Shown here: positions 25,545 to 38,523 of the stretch, one piece after another | Layout: every line of letters starts with the position of its first letter | Position numbering within the stretch: position 1 is the stretch's first letter | Assembly (NCBI RefSeq): GCF_963921235.1 | Contig: NC_086108.1 | Span: 111,912,001-111,976,000, forward strand | From: Mobula hypostoma | Taxonomy: Eukaryota | Direction of reading: 5' to 3' | Length of the DNA stretch: 64,000 nt | Made by a program: the position numbers and the translations under genes | Notes under the pieces: model-generated | The model's input: only the letters and a program-made list of their open reading frames with translations | The model's database searches: none | Told to the model about the DNA's origin: nothing

Positions 25545-26283
25545 TCTGTGTCGAGGTATGCAGAAACGAGTTCGGTGGGGCAGGAGCAAGCTGAGACAAT
25601 AGGTTGGCCAGGACAGGCAGGTTTGTGGATCTTGGGTAGGAGGTAGAAACGGGAAGTGTGGGGTGTGGGAACTATAAGGTTGGTAGCAGTGGATGGGAGA
25701 TCCCCTGAGCGGATAAAGTCGGTGATGGTGTGGGAGACAATGGCCTGGTGCTCCTTAGTGGGGTCTACGCTCAAAGCTCTCCGCTTCTTTTTGGATTCCA
25801 GACCTAATCAGTTCCCCTCTACCACCACTCTGCTCCGTCTAGCAGAATTAGTCCTTACTCTTAATAATTTCTCCTTCGGCTCCTCCCACTTCCTCCAAAC
25901 TAAAGGTGTAGCTATGGGCACCCGTATGGGTCCTAGCTGTGCCTGCCTTTTTGTTGGCTTTGTGGAACAATCTATGTTCCGTGCCTATTCTGGTATCTGT
26001 CCCCCACTTTTCCTTCGCTACATCGACGACTGCATTGGCGCTGCTTCCTGCACGCATGCAGAACTCGTTGACTTTATTAACTTTGCCTCCAACTTTCACC
26101 CTGCCCTCAAGTTTACCTGGTCCATTTCCGACACCTCCCTTCCCTTTCTAGATCTTTCTGTCTCTGTCTCTGGAGACAGCTTATCCACTGATGTCTACTA
26201 TAAGCCTCCTGACTCTCACAGCTATCTGGACTATTCCTCTTCTCACCCTGTCTCTTGCAAAAAGGCCATCCCCTTCTCGCAAT
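25545..26283. mobile_element. Second Penelope-like copy with inverted 5' piece (25545-25766 minus; 25769-26283 plus)
   Basis: Minus ORF DPTKEHQAIV...SAYLDT corresponds to about 22377-22592; plus ORF LKALRFFLD...AIPFSQ corresponds to about 22749-23261. Confidence 0.85.
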
Positions 26284-26711
26284 TAAATGTACTTTGAATG
26301 TTTAGAGTAGGTGTGTAGGTGGGATGGGAAAGGAGCAAGTTTTGCCGTTGTTTGGATTTTTTGTTGTTGTTTATGTGGTTCTACCGAGCATTGTGGGTGT
26401 GCTATGTTGGTGCTGGAATGTGTGGTGACACTTGTGGGCTGTTCCCAGCACACCCTCCGGATGTGTTGGTTGTTAACGCAAATGTTACGTTTCACGGTAT
26501 GTTTCGATGTACACGTGATGAATATATTTGAATCGGAAGCTGATCTCTGTTCACTGTCTGAATCAGAATCAGGTTAATATCACCGGCATATGCTGTGAAA
26601 TTTGTTGTTTGCGGCAGCACAACATTCCCATACAAAATAATAATAAATAACTATAACTTACTATGAAAAGTATATTTAAAAATAGAAAATGAAATTAAAT
26701 AAGAAGAGGGA

Positions 26712-27358
26712 GGAGAAGATGGCGCGATGCTGCGCGCGCGGCCGTTCCGAATGATATCGATAAGTGTAATTAGGGGGGCCGTGCACAATCCGGATTTGAT
26801 GGAGACAGCCGTGACAGTACAGAGGAACACCTGGAGAAACTTCTGAAATGCCTGCTTAGCTGCCGCTGCTAATGTACGATCGAGAATCTCCGGAGACGAA
26901 GGCCCCAAATCCTCGGCTTTGCCTATTGCCTGTTGCCGGGGCCAGGGTCAAAGCGCTCGGCAGAGATGGTGCTCGGTGCTTGGTGTCGGGAGGTGGTCAG
27001 TGGCTTGGAGTTTTCGGACGGGCTCGGAGTCGGACTGTGGTCGGATGCTTCCAGGATGCTGCATCGGCAAGTTTGCGGTGCTGGAGGTTCACTGTCTGCG
27101 TGAGATGATGGGACTTTCGAGAGACTCTGAGATTTTTTACCGTGCCATGGTCTGTTCTTATCAAATTACAGTATTGCTTTGCACTGTTGTAACTATATGT
27201 TATAATTATGTGGTTTTATCAGTTTTTAAGTCGGTTTGTCATGTGTTTTCATGATATCATTCTGGAAAAACATTGTATCATTTCTTAATGCATACATTAC
27301 TAAATGACAATAACAGAGGACTGCGTGTACTCATAATCTAATCTAATCTAATAATCTA
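26712..27358 (+). mobile_element. Non-autonomous retroelement (about 650 bp, AAGATGGCG start, (ATCTA)n tail)
   Basis: A second copy lies on the minus strand at about 41394-42024; a 3'-end-only copy is nested in the LTR at about 4908-5117. Confidence 0.7.
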
Positions 27359-28244
27359 AATACGTAGTGCAAAAGGAATTTTAAAGTAGTGAAGTAGTGT
27401 TAATGGGTTCCTTGTCCATTCAGAAACCTGATGGCAGAGGGGAAGAAGCTGTTCCTGAAACATTGAGTGTGTGTCTTCAGGCTTCTGTACCTCCTCCCTG
27501 ATGGTGGCAAGAGGGCATGTCCTGGTGATGGGGGTGCTTAATGATGGAAGCTGTGTTAATGAGGCTTTGCCAATTGAAGATGTCCTCAATGCTAGAGGGA
27601 ATAGTACTCGTGATGGAACTGGCTGAGTTTACAGCTCTCTCTGATCCTGTGCAGTGGCCCCTCCAGACCAAATGGTGATGCAACCAGTCTCCCCTCTCGC
27701 CTTAACCCCGAGCCCTCTATTTCTAAATTTCCTATCCCGGCAAAAAGGATTCTGATTATCTACCCCATCTAGATAGATAGATAGGTACATAGATATACTT
27801 TATTAATCCCGAGGGAAATTTAGTTTCGTTACAGCCGCACCAACCAAGAATAGAGCATAAATATAGTAATACAAAAAAACCCCAACAATCAAACAACAAA
27901 ATGCAAACTATGCCAGATGGAAAATAAATCCAGGACCAGTCTATTTGGCTTAGGGTGTCTGACCCTCCACGGGAGGAGCTGCACGTTCGATGGCCACAGG
28001 CAGGAACGACTTCCCGTGCCGCCAAGTGTTGTATCACGGTGGAATGTGGCCGAAGTCCAACAGTAAAAAGTTCAATATCCAGTCTGCGAACACGTTTCTC
28101 AATTGTAATATACCCCGGATTGCACCATGCGTTGTTAACCAGAACAGTAAGCACCCAACTCCTTTACGCTTACCGCTCTCAGTGCACTTCCGGTTAGCCC
28201 GAACGGTATTACCCACCGAACTCCTCTTCTCCAATAGTCTCACC

Positions 28245-29282
28245 TACACCCCTCTGACTCTCAACACAGGAACCCCTCAGGGCTGTGTACTAAATCCCCT
28301 CCAGCGGAGAGAGAACAGCAAGGACTGGCCCTGAGATTCATTGGTCTGGTAGGGACAAGTCACAAGTGATTGACTTTGTGAAGTTACTTAGGGCTGTGTA
28401 CCAAATCCCCTCTTTTACTTCCTGTATACCCATGACTGTATCACCACCCACAGCTCTGATCTGCTAATTAATTAATTTTGCTGCCAACACTATATTGATT
28501 GGTCTTATCTCAAACAATAACAAGGTGGCCAAAGGGAAGAAGTCATCTCTCCGACACAGTGGTGTCAGGAAAACAACCTCTCCCTCAATGTCGCAAAAAC
28601 AAAGGAGCTGGTTGTGGATTACAGGAGGAATGGAGATGGACTAACCCTTATTGACATCAATGGATCTGGGGTTGAGAGGGTAAATAGCTTCAAGTTCCTC
28701 CGTATCCACATCACCGAGGACCTTACGTGGTCTGTACACAACAGTTGTGTGGTGAAAAAGACACAACAGCGCCTCTTTCACCTCAGAGGGTTGAGGAAGT
28801 TTGGTGTGGGCCCCCAAATCCTAAGGACTTTCTACATGGGTACAATTGAGAGCATCCTGACTGGCTGCATCACTATCTGGTATGGGAACTGTACCTCCCT
28901 TAATCGCAGGACTCTGCCCAGCTCATCTGTAGTTGTGAACTTCCCATGATTCAGAACATTTACAAAGACAGGCGTATAAAAAGGACCCGAAGGATCATTG
29001 GGGACCCAAATCACCCCAACCACAATGTATTCCAGCTGCTACCATCTGGGAAGCGATACCGCAGCATAGAAGCCAGGACCAACAGGCTCCAGGACAGCTT
29101 CTTCCACCAGGCCATCAGACTGATTAACTCATGCTGATTTGAGGGTATTTCTATGTTATATTGCCCGTTCTATTTATTATAAATTACTATGATTGTACAT
29201 TGCGCATTTAGATGGAGACATAACATAAAGATTTTTACTCCTCATGTATGTGAAGGATGCAAGAAATAAAGTTAATTCAATA
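28245..29282 (+). mobile_element. Rex1/Babar-like LINE 3' portion
   Basis: LNTGTPQGCVLNP, TKELVVDYRR, VNSFKFL, QQRLFHLR and LLPSGKRYRSI motifs. Confidence 0.8.
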
Positions 29283-30589
29283 CTGAAGCAATGCAGCAGA
29301 TAATCTCTGTCAACAAGCCCAGTCTCATTTGGAGGATATCTGGCAACGTCCAAACATTCTGATGCTGTAAGATCCTGGCACCAACATAGCATACCCACTA
29401 TGCTCTGCAGACAAATACAAGACACCAGCGAAACAAACCCATCACCTCCCTGGCATCCACCCCCACACACACAGAGTTCTCCAGTCTCCAGACTTAGAGA
29501 CATAGAAAACCTACAGCACAATACGCGCCCTGCGGCCCACAAAGCTGTGCCGAACATGTCCTTACCTTAGAAATTACCTAGGGTTACGCATAGCCCTCTA
29601 CTTTTCTAACCATTGCGCCTCAATTTCCTGACAACCAATCGACTTTTGGGCGCCAGTTTTTTGTATCAATCTCCGGACTAGCCGATGACAGGATTCTGAA
29701 CTCCAGGCATGTGAATGACTGGCTTTCCTGTGTCATGGAGTCACAGAACACAACAGCGCACAAACAAGCCCTTCAGTCCACCTGGTCTGTGCTGACCCAT
29801 TAACCTGCCTAGAACCATTGATCTCCTCATGTCTCCTGCTCGCACGGACACCTGGTCATTGGTTATTGAAGCCTGAACTGCAGATGTCAGCATCGTCTGT
29901 CACCAACCTTCGAGTGCAGAAGTCAGAGCACAGAGTGGAGCCCTGACCTCTAACTCATCCTTATCCCTGACCCTAAACCCTAATCTGACCTCTCACTCCC
30001 CTCTCTGTGCCCAAAACCATCCCTACAAACTTAAAAAGCAACTAAACCCAAGCCATGATCATGACAGAGACCACAGCCTGGTGCTATCTTGAAAACAAAA
30101 TGGAGGAAAGGGAAATTGAAAGAACTACTGTACTGTCATTCAGACTCATTAAACAGGGCACGGCGGGGTAGAGTAGTGGTTAGCGTAACATTATTACAGC
30201 ACCAGCGACCTCGGTTCAATTCCTGCCTTTGTCAGGAGGTCTCCTGGTACCTGAATTTCCTCTGGTGTTCTGATTTCATCCCACACCCCAAAGACATAAA
30301 GGCTTGTAGGTTAATTGGTCACATGGGTGGTATTGTGCAGCATGGACTCGTTGGGCCAGAAGGTCCAAATTAAACAGGTAGCACACATACACATATCTGG
30401 CTCACTTTGACTGATTAGATTTTTATGGTAATGAGTAGTAGTAAAGGTGTACCTAATAAAGTGGCCACTACGTGTATCTTTCCATTGTACAGCTTCATTT
30501 GAATTTAATGAATAAAATGTTTGAATTGTTTTCTACATTTATATTTATTTTACTATTATTACAAATGAGCTCAATGTTGTTACACTCAG

Positions 30590-31160
30590 AAAATGCTGGA
30601 GGAACTCAGTAGGTCAGGCAGCATCTATGGAGAGGAATAAACAGTCGACGTTTCAGACCGAGACCCTTCATCAGGACTGGAAAAGAAGGGGGAAGAAGCC
30701 GGAATAAGAAGCTGGAGAGAGGGGGAGGAGTACAGACTGGCAGGTGATAGGTGAGACCAGGTGAGGGGGAGGATGGGTGGGTGGGGAGGGAGGGGGAGGA
30801 GTACAGACTGGCAGGTGATAGGTGAGACCGGGTGAGGGGGAGGATGGGTGGGTGGGGAGGGAGGGGGAGGAGTACAGACTGGCAGGTGATAGGTGAGACC
30901 AGGTGAGGGGGAGGATGGGTGGGTGGGGAGGGAGGATGAACTGAGAAGCTGGAAGTTGATAGGTGGAAAAGGTGAAGGACTGAAGGAGGAATCTGAAGAT
31001 GAACGTGGACCATGGGAGAAAGGGAGGGGACGATGGGGGGCACAGAGGGAGGTGGACAGGTGAGGAAATGAAAAGGGGTAGGAGGGGAGCTGGACTGGGG
31101 AATTGAAGAAGATTGGGGAGAGGGTGAGAAATTATCGGATGCTAGAGATATCGATGCTCA
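30590..31160 (-). mobile_element. Penelope-tail-like short element containing a 71-bp G-rich tandem triplication (30721-30935)
   Basis: TACAGACTGG recurs at 30731, 30802 and 30873; the ends resemble 13033-13292 and 14845-15335. Confidence 0.7.
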
Positions 31161-31209
31161 TCTTGCAATACTAATTGATGAGCTGATACAGAGATGAAAT
31201 GGTTCACAC

Positions 31210-31407
31210 TCAGTAATCGCACCAGGGAGGACACACTGCGTTCCACATCTCCGCAGCCTGCATTCTTGCTCTGGCATCACCAGTGTAGTTGATGTCGTTT
31301 GCAGTCCACACGCTGACACCACGGAGGTTCAGTTTCAGCACGATAGACACCCTCATAGAAATGCTCTCGGGATCATCGTACCAGACCTCGTGGTACGTGT
31401 TACCAAC
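31210..31407 (-). CDS. CTBS: CTBS-like terminal exon 7 (orphan: no same-strand upstream exons in window)
   Basis: ttgcag|GTT GGT...TAC TGA; phase 0, matching the exon 6 donor phase. Encodes VGNTYHEVWYDDPESISMRVSIVLKLNLRGVSVWTANDINYTGDARARMQAAEMWNAVCPPWCDY*, with chitobiase C-terminal motifs VWYDDPxSIS, LRGxxxWxAN and EMW. Confidence 0.85.
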   Translation of the reverse strand, partial: VGNTYHEVWYDDPESISMRVSIVLKLNLRGVSVWTANDINYTGDARARMQAAEMWNAVCPPWCDY

Positions 31408-32069
31408 CTGCAAACGAGCAAAGGGGAAATGCACAGATTGAGAGAAGACCAGGCTGAAATTGTTCGGTGGAGTAATTTGGGTGGCACGTTAGTGCTGGAG
31501 AGGGAGGATCTGTATCACGATTCCCGTGAACAGGTTCATTTCTGACCTCTGGTACTGTATGTGCAGGGGTAGTAGTGTGTGTGTGTTTGGGTGGGGTCTA
31601 TATTCACTCTGTCCATGTCCATTTCCCCCAGGTGCTTCAGTTTTTTTCCCACATCATAAAGAGCCCACGGGAGGTTCCTTTCCTTTTCCTATGTCACATT
31701 ATTCTTGGCAGTGATCTGTTCCCATTGCTTCCCCCCTGACATCTTTCCATGAGGCCATCTGTTAACTTCTTTTGAACAAGAAAGCCCAGCTATTGCCCAT
31801 CGTTCTTCGTCTCATTAGAATTATCAAGGTCGGGAAAGATATGTGATCGTGGCAGCATCAACATCAGGAATTTCAGACTCAGGAAGTGTTGAAACAGCTC
31901 TCCACCCAAATTCCCCGACTCTTGCCGGGACTTTGGTTCTGAAAACCCATAGCAGAGTTTACATTAATTGCGGAAGGAGTGAAAAGAGAAATGATGGATT
32001 TTTGAGAAAGAATAAGTTTCAGAAAGGAGAGATGTAGGGAGGGAGGGATGGGACTGATTTTCTTAATGA

Positions 32070-32580
32070 AGAGGCTGGGTGTCAACATCACTGAAGATCT
32101 ATCCTGAGTCCAACGCGTTGATACAATATAAAGAAGACACATCGGTGGCTAAATTTCATTACGGTTTGAAATTTGGTCTGTCATCAAAGACTCTAGCAAT
32201 TTCTACAGATGTAACATGGAGAGCATTCTAATTGGATGCATCACTATCTGATCTGAAGGGGCAACTGCACTGGAGTGGAAAAATCCGCAGAAGTTTGCAA
32301 ACTCAGACAGCTCCATCATTCCCAGCATTCTGGACATCTTTAAAAGGCGATGTCTAAAGAAGGCGATATCCAACAATAATGACCACCATCATCCAGGACA
32401 TGCCCTCTTCTCATTGTAACCATCAGGGAGGAGGTACAGGAGTCTGAAGATGCACACTCAGTGTTTCAGAAACAGCTTCTTCCCCTCCGCCATCGGAATT
32501 GTGAATGGACATTGGACCCATGGACACGACCTCACTGCTGTCTTGCTTTCTTTTTGCATTACTTACTTAGTTTAATTTGA
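32070..32580 (+). mobile_element. Rex1/Babar-like LINE 3' fragment
   Basis: LGVNITEDLS, ESILIGCITI and PSGRRYRSLK..FRNSFFP remnants. Confidence 0.7.
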
Positions 32581-32747
32581 CTGGTTCTCCAAAGAAGCAG
32601 GAAAAGTCTTTGCATAGTTCCAGAGTAACAACATGCCAGTACCTGAAGAAACCAAACAGCAACTGAGGAGAACTGGAAGAGTGCATGGGAGAGAGAAGCA
32701 TCTAGAAACAATGGAGAAGGTTAAAGCCAGAGTAATCCTGGTGCTCC

Positions 32748-33451
32748 CGTCCGGACGGGAGGCTGTTCAGTCTGTCCCGGCTGAGGCAAAAGCCAAGGTT
32801 CGTGAAGTACTCATCAGGGACATATTGTTTGCAGACGATGTGGCACTAGCAACACACTCTGAAGAGCAACTGCAACGCCTCATGGACAGCTTCTCAAGAG
32901 CCTGCCAGGACTTCAGCTTGACCATCAGCCTGAAGAAAACCATCGTGTTGGGCCAAGGCGTTGAGCACCCCCCTGCCATTACCATCAACAACTACGAGCT
33001 GGAGGTAGTTCACGAGTTTACATACCTTGGCTCCACCATCACAGACAGCCACTCGCTCGACCCCGAGATCAACAGACGGATCGGACGAGCAGCCTCAATA
33101 TTCGCCAGGCTGACAAAGAGAGTCTGGGAGAACAGAAAGCTGATGACGTACACCAAAGTTGCAGTCTACAGGGCCTGCGTCATCAGCACACTGCTTTACG
33201 GCAGCGAGACCTGGAGCCTCTACCACAGACAAGAGCGGCGTCTCAATGCCTTCCACCTTAGCAGCCTGAGACGCATCCTGGACATCATGTGGACTGACCG
33301 AGACACCAACAATGAGGCCCTGGCCCGCGCCCAGATACCCAGCCTCTTCACCCTGCTCCAACAAGGCCGTCTCCGCTGGCTGGGCCACGTACACCGCATG
33401 TCAGATGGGAGGATCCCGAAAGACCTGCTGTACAGGGACCTGGCCTCTGGC
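32748..33451 (+). mobile_element. RTE-clade LINE RT C-terminal fragment
   Basis: ILFADDVAL, LTISLKKT, FTYLGS, YRACVISTLLYGSETW and LRWLGHVHRM motifs. Confidence 0.9.
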
Positions 33452-33454
33452 CTC

Positions 33455-33830
33455 TGTATGTGGTAGTATCACTCAGAATCTCCACGGTTGCGAGGGTGGT
33501 GAGTCTGCTTGAACATCCACCTGAACACAATAAATGCCAATCGCTGAAAATTTACCTTTCACAGACCTTTGGAGTCTGAGCATGCCAAACATTTGCTGTC
33601 CTTGCCCAGTCTCGGTGATGTTAGGCCTTCAGAGCTAATGGACACCCTGCTGTCTCTCCTGGGAAATCACCATCCTTGTTTTATTGTTAAAGAACCTTCA
33701 TGCAGTGAATTCCTGATCAAGTTTGCATGGCCCTCACTAATCACCCATGATGGACTATGGGGATCATGCTAAAATGGCTGATAGTCTACACTCAGCTAGG
33801 CAGCAATGCATCATTCCTCCTCCTTTTTCT
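33455..33830 (+). mobile_element. Gypsy-type gag fragment
   Basis: ESEHAKHLLSLPSLGDVRPSELMDTLLSL resembles the LGDRKPSELM motif of Gypsy gag proteins (recalled). Confidence 0.55.
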
Positions 33831-34350
33831 ACCTCAATAAGAAAGATGTCAATAAAATTGAGAGAGTACAGAGAAGATTTGCTAAAATGTTGCCTGGGTT
33901 TCATCTCCTAAGTTACAAAGAAAGGTTCAACAAGTTAGGTGTTTGTTCTTTGGAGCGTAGAAGGTTGAGGGGGGACTTGATAGAGGTAATTAAAATTATG
34001 AGGGGGATAGATAGAATTGACGTGGATAGGCTTTTTCCATTGAGAGTGGGGGAAATTCAAACAAGAGGACATGAGTTGAGAGTTAAAGGGCAAAGTTTCA
34101 GGGTAACATGAGGGGGAACTTCTTTACTCAGAGAGTGGTAGCTGTGTGGAATGAGCTTCCAGCAGAAGTAGTTGAGGCAGGTTCGATGTTGTCGTTTAAA
34201 GTTAAATTGGACAGATCTATGGACAGGAAAGGAATGGAGGGTTATGGGCTGAGGGCAGATCGGTGGGACTAAGTGAGAATAGGAGTTTGGCACGAACTAG
34301 AAGGGCCGAGATGGCCTGTTTCCGTGATGTAATTGTTATATGGTTATGGT
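33830..34350 (+). mobile_element. CR1-clade LINE 3' fragment
   Basis: IERVQRRFAKMLPG...RRRLRGDLIEV. Confidence 0.85.
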
Positions 34351-35131
34351 TAATAAACTCGTCAGCAAGGCCCTCAACATAAAGATGACCATGGCTGCAA
34401 AACAGACAACATCGGTCTGTGCTTTTACAAGTCATCTCTCTGACACAGTGGTGTCAAGAAAACAACCTCTCCCTCAATGTTGTAAAAACAAAGGAGCTGG
34501 TAGTGGATTACAGAAGGAATGAAGATGGGCTAACCCCTATTAACATCTATGGATCTGGGGTTGTGAGGGTAAATAGCTTTAAGTTCTTTGGCATCCACAT
34601 CACCGAGAACCTCACGTGGTGAAAAAGGCACAACAGCGTGGTGAAATGAGTTAAGCTGTATATATATTCAGTCATGGCTGATCCTTTTTGCTATCTCCTC
34701 CTCAACCCCAGTTATGGGCCTTCTCCCCGTAATCTTTGATGCCATGTCCAATCAAGAACCTATCATTCTCTGCCTTAAATACACACAACAACTGGGCCTC
34801 CAACAGCTGCATGTGGCAACAGATTCCATAAATTTACCACCCTTTGGCTAAAGAAATTTCTCCAAATTTCTGTTTTGAAAGGGCGCCCCTCTATCCTGAA
34901 GCAGTGTTGTCTGGTCCTGGACTCTCCCACTGTGGGAAAAATCATTTCCACATCTACTCTGTCTAGGCTTTGACAGAGTTCAATTGGGAAAGGCTATTAT
35001 GGTTTGGGTGTTGTGTAATGAGCAGATTTGATTAGAGAGCTTAAGGTAAAGGAACGCTCAGGAGTCAGTGTTTATTATATGATACAATTCACTCTGCAAT
35101 TTGAGAGAGAGGAGCTAAAGTCAATTTTTAA

Positions 35132-35437
35132 GGTATCCGTTTGTCTTGCGAGACCATGGATCTGCGCCTGGAAAATCTTCACTCTCCAGGGAGCAGGCCT
35201 GGGCAAGGTTGTATGGAAGACCAGCAGTTGCCTATGCTGCAAGTCTCCCCTCTCCATGACACCGATGTTTTCCAAGGGAAGGGCAAAGGCTAGTACAGCT
35301 TGGCACGAGTGTCGTCGCAGAGTAATGTGTGGTTATGTGCCTTCCTCAAGGACACAGCACGCTGCCTCGGCTGGGGCTCGAACTCGTGACCTTCAGATCG
35401 CTAGTCGAATGCCTTAACCACTTGGTCATGTGCCCAC
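35132..35437 (-). mobile_element. tRNA-derived SINE
   Basis: The minus strand begins with a tRNA-like head carrying an A box (TGACCAAGTGG) and B box (GAGTTCGAGCC), followed by a non-tRNA body. Confidence 0.7.
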
Positions 35438-35619
35438 AAAGTCAATAGACAGTAGGTGCAGGAGTAGGCCATTTGGCCCTTCAAGCCAGCACCACCATTC
35501 ACTGTGATCATGGCTGATCATCCACAATCAGTATCCAGTTCCTGCCTTATCCCCATAACCTTTGATTCCGCTATCTTTAAGAGCTCTTTCCATCTCTTTC
35601 TTGAAAACGTCCAGAGTCA

Positions 35620-38128
35620 AATGTAGCAATATTACAGTGGAGTAAAAGGGAATTATGGGGGCATGAGCATGGAGCTGGCCAAAGTTGATTCGAAGAAGAC
35701 ACTAGCAGGGATGATGGCAGAACATGAATGTCTGATATTTCTGGGAGCAATTTGGAAGGCACAGGATAGATACATCCCAAAGAAGAAGTATTCTAAAGGC
35801 AGAATGATGCAACTGTGGCTGACAAGGGAAATCTAAGGCAACATAAAAGCAAAAAAAAAGAAGGCATGTAATAGAGCAAAAATTAGCGGGAAGTGAGAGA
35901 ATTGGGAAGCTTTTAAAAGCCAACAGAAAGCAACTCAATGCCATAAGCAGGGAAAAGATGACATATGAAGGTAAGCTTACCAATTTTGCATATGTATAAA
36001 GAGAAAAAGAACGGTGAATGTAGATATTGAACCACTGGAAAAAGATGCAGGAGAGGTATTAATTGGGAAGAAGGAAAAGTCAGGCGAATTGAATAAGTAT
36101 CCTGCATCAGTCTTCACTGCGGAACGTTCAAGAGTGTTGAGGGCAGAAGTGAGTGAAGTCACCATTACGAGGGAGAAAGTGCTTGGATCTGAAGGTTAGG
36201 CACATCAACTGGAGCAGAGCGACTACACCCCAGGGTTCTGAAAGAAGTAGATGAAGAGTGTGGAGACAATAGTAATGATCTTTCAAGAATCACTAAATCC
36301 TGGAATAGTTCTGGAGGACTGGAAAATTGCAATTGTTATTCCACTCTTCAAGAAGCTAGGGAGGCAGAAGAAAAGAAATTATAGGCCTGTTAGCCTGATG
36401 TCAGTAGGTGGGAAGATGTTGGAGTCAATTTTTAAGCATGAGGTCTCGGGGCACTTGGAGGCACATGATAAAATCAGCCAAAATCAGCATGATTTTCTGA
36501 AGGGAAAATCTTGCCTGAGAAATCTGTTGGAATTCTTTGAAGCAGGATAGACAAAGAAGAATTGGTGGATGTTGTGTACTTGGGTTTTCAGAAGGCCTTT
36601 GACAAGGGGCAACACATGAGGCTGCTTAACAGTTACAAAAAAAAAACTAAAAGGGCCCATTGCGGTTAAACCAGTCCAATGTGCACATAACGTTGGAGCT
36701 CATACTGGAGTAGTCGGGGTATATCCCTTTACTCACGTGCTGGACCCACGGTCTTCATGAAAGCATCCGCCACATACCAAACTCCCCTTGAAAACCATCT
36801 CAAACGAACTGCTCTCTCAGTATTGGCCTTTCCTCCTTGGAGCCATTCATCTGCACAAAGCACTTCTTGCAATGGGGAGTCTCCTTACAAAGGCATTCTG
36901 CAACATCTTCCTTTGTGCCCCGCTTCACAGCTCCCGCCAAAAGGACCCCAAACCAGACTGCCGTCCTTCAGAAAACTCTTCCCCACAGGTCTCTAGAACC
37001 TTCTCTCATATCCCACAATCCTGATTGACTGCCTCACATTCCTAAGTTGGACAACGTATCTTTAGCCGAAGCCAAAACACACTTACCAGCATGTCACAGT
37101 GCTTTCACAGAAAACTACCGATACAAACTATCTTACACCATAGCAGTAGAAATCTTATCCAGGGCATTACAGTTGCATATCAATAATTTGGATGACAGAA
37201 TTACTGGCTTTGTGGCTGAATTTGGAGATGATAGGAAGATGGGTGGATAGTCAGGTAGTGTTGAGGAATCATCGAGTCTGCAGAAGGACTTAAACAGATT
37301 AGGAAAATAGGCAAAGAAATGATGGAATACAGTTTCAGGAAGTGTACGATCAAGCACTTTGGTAGAAGAAATAAGAGCGTAGACCACTTTCTAAATGTGA
37401 AGAAGATCCAAAAATCTGAGCTTCAGAGGGACCTGGGAGTCTTTGTACAGGATTCCCTAAATGTTAATTTGCAGGTTGAGTCGATGGTGAGGAAGGCAAA
37501 TGAAATCTTGGCATTCATTTCGAGAGGGCTAGAATATAAAAGGAAGAATGTAACGCCGAGACTTTATAAAGCACTGGTGAGGCCTCATTTGGTGTATTGT
37601 GAGACGTTTTGGGCCCTTTATTTAACAAAGGATGTGCTGACATTGGAAAGGGTTCAGAGGAAGTTCACAAAAATTATTCCAGGAATGAAAGGGTTAACGT
37701 ATAAGGAACATTTGATGGTTCTGGGCCTGTACTCGCTGGAATTTAGAAGAATGAAGGGGGATCTCATTGAAACCTATCAAATATTGAAAGGTCTAGATAG
37801 AGTGGATGTGGAGAGGATGTTTCCAATAGTGGGTGAGTCTGGGACCAGAGGACAAAACCTCAGAATAGAGTGACGTCTGCTTAGAACAGAGCTGAGGAGT
37901 AATGTCTTTAGCTGGAGGATGGTGAATCTGCCATGGGCGGCTGTGGAGGCCAGATCGTTGGGAATATTTAAAATGGAGATTGATAGGTTCACGATTAGTA
38001 AGTGTGTCAAGACTTACAGAGGAAGGCAGGAGAGTGTGGTTGAGAGAGAAAATGGATCAGCCATGATGAAATAGAGCAGTTTCGATGGGCCGAATGGCCT
38101 AATTCTGCTCCTATGTCTTCTGGTCTTA
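35620..38128 (+). mobile_element. CR1-clade LINE ORF2 remnant, interrupted at about 36635-37160
   Basis: EDWKIAIVIPLFKK..NYRPVSL, KSCLRNLLEFFE and LYKALVRPHL motifs. Confidence 0.85.
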
Positions 38129-38523
38129 CATGTGCTGAAACTTTCAGACTGCCTGCAGCACACCCTTGTTGGTTGTTCACGCAAATGACGTGTTTTACTG
38201 TACGTTTCGGCAAATAAATTTAAATCTTGAGTCTTGAAAATTAGATTACATTTGATTAGCTTTACTTGTATATTGATACATACAGTGAAATGTGTCAAAC
38301 CAAATCAGCCCATTTCACCATTTGTTTTGATGTTATGATGTACATGTGTCAAATAAATCTAATCTTTTTTTCTTTATCATTATTGCCCAAGTTACAGTGG
38401 AAAGATGTAAAAGGTGGAGATTTGGTACAAATCATGGTTTTGGGATGAACTTTGTCCATATCTGTGAGAGAAGAGAATTCAGGTTCCGGGGCTGAATGTT
38501 GGACGAATTAAAGAGGAAGCGAT

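Noticed and set aside
35340..35437. tRNA genes here and at 56399-56480
   Set aside because: A/B boxes are followed by SINE bodies, one has a TSD, and no convincing cloverleaf was seen.
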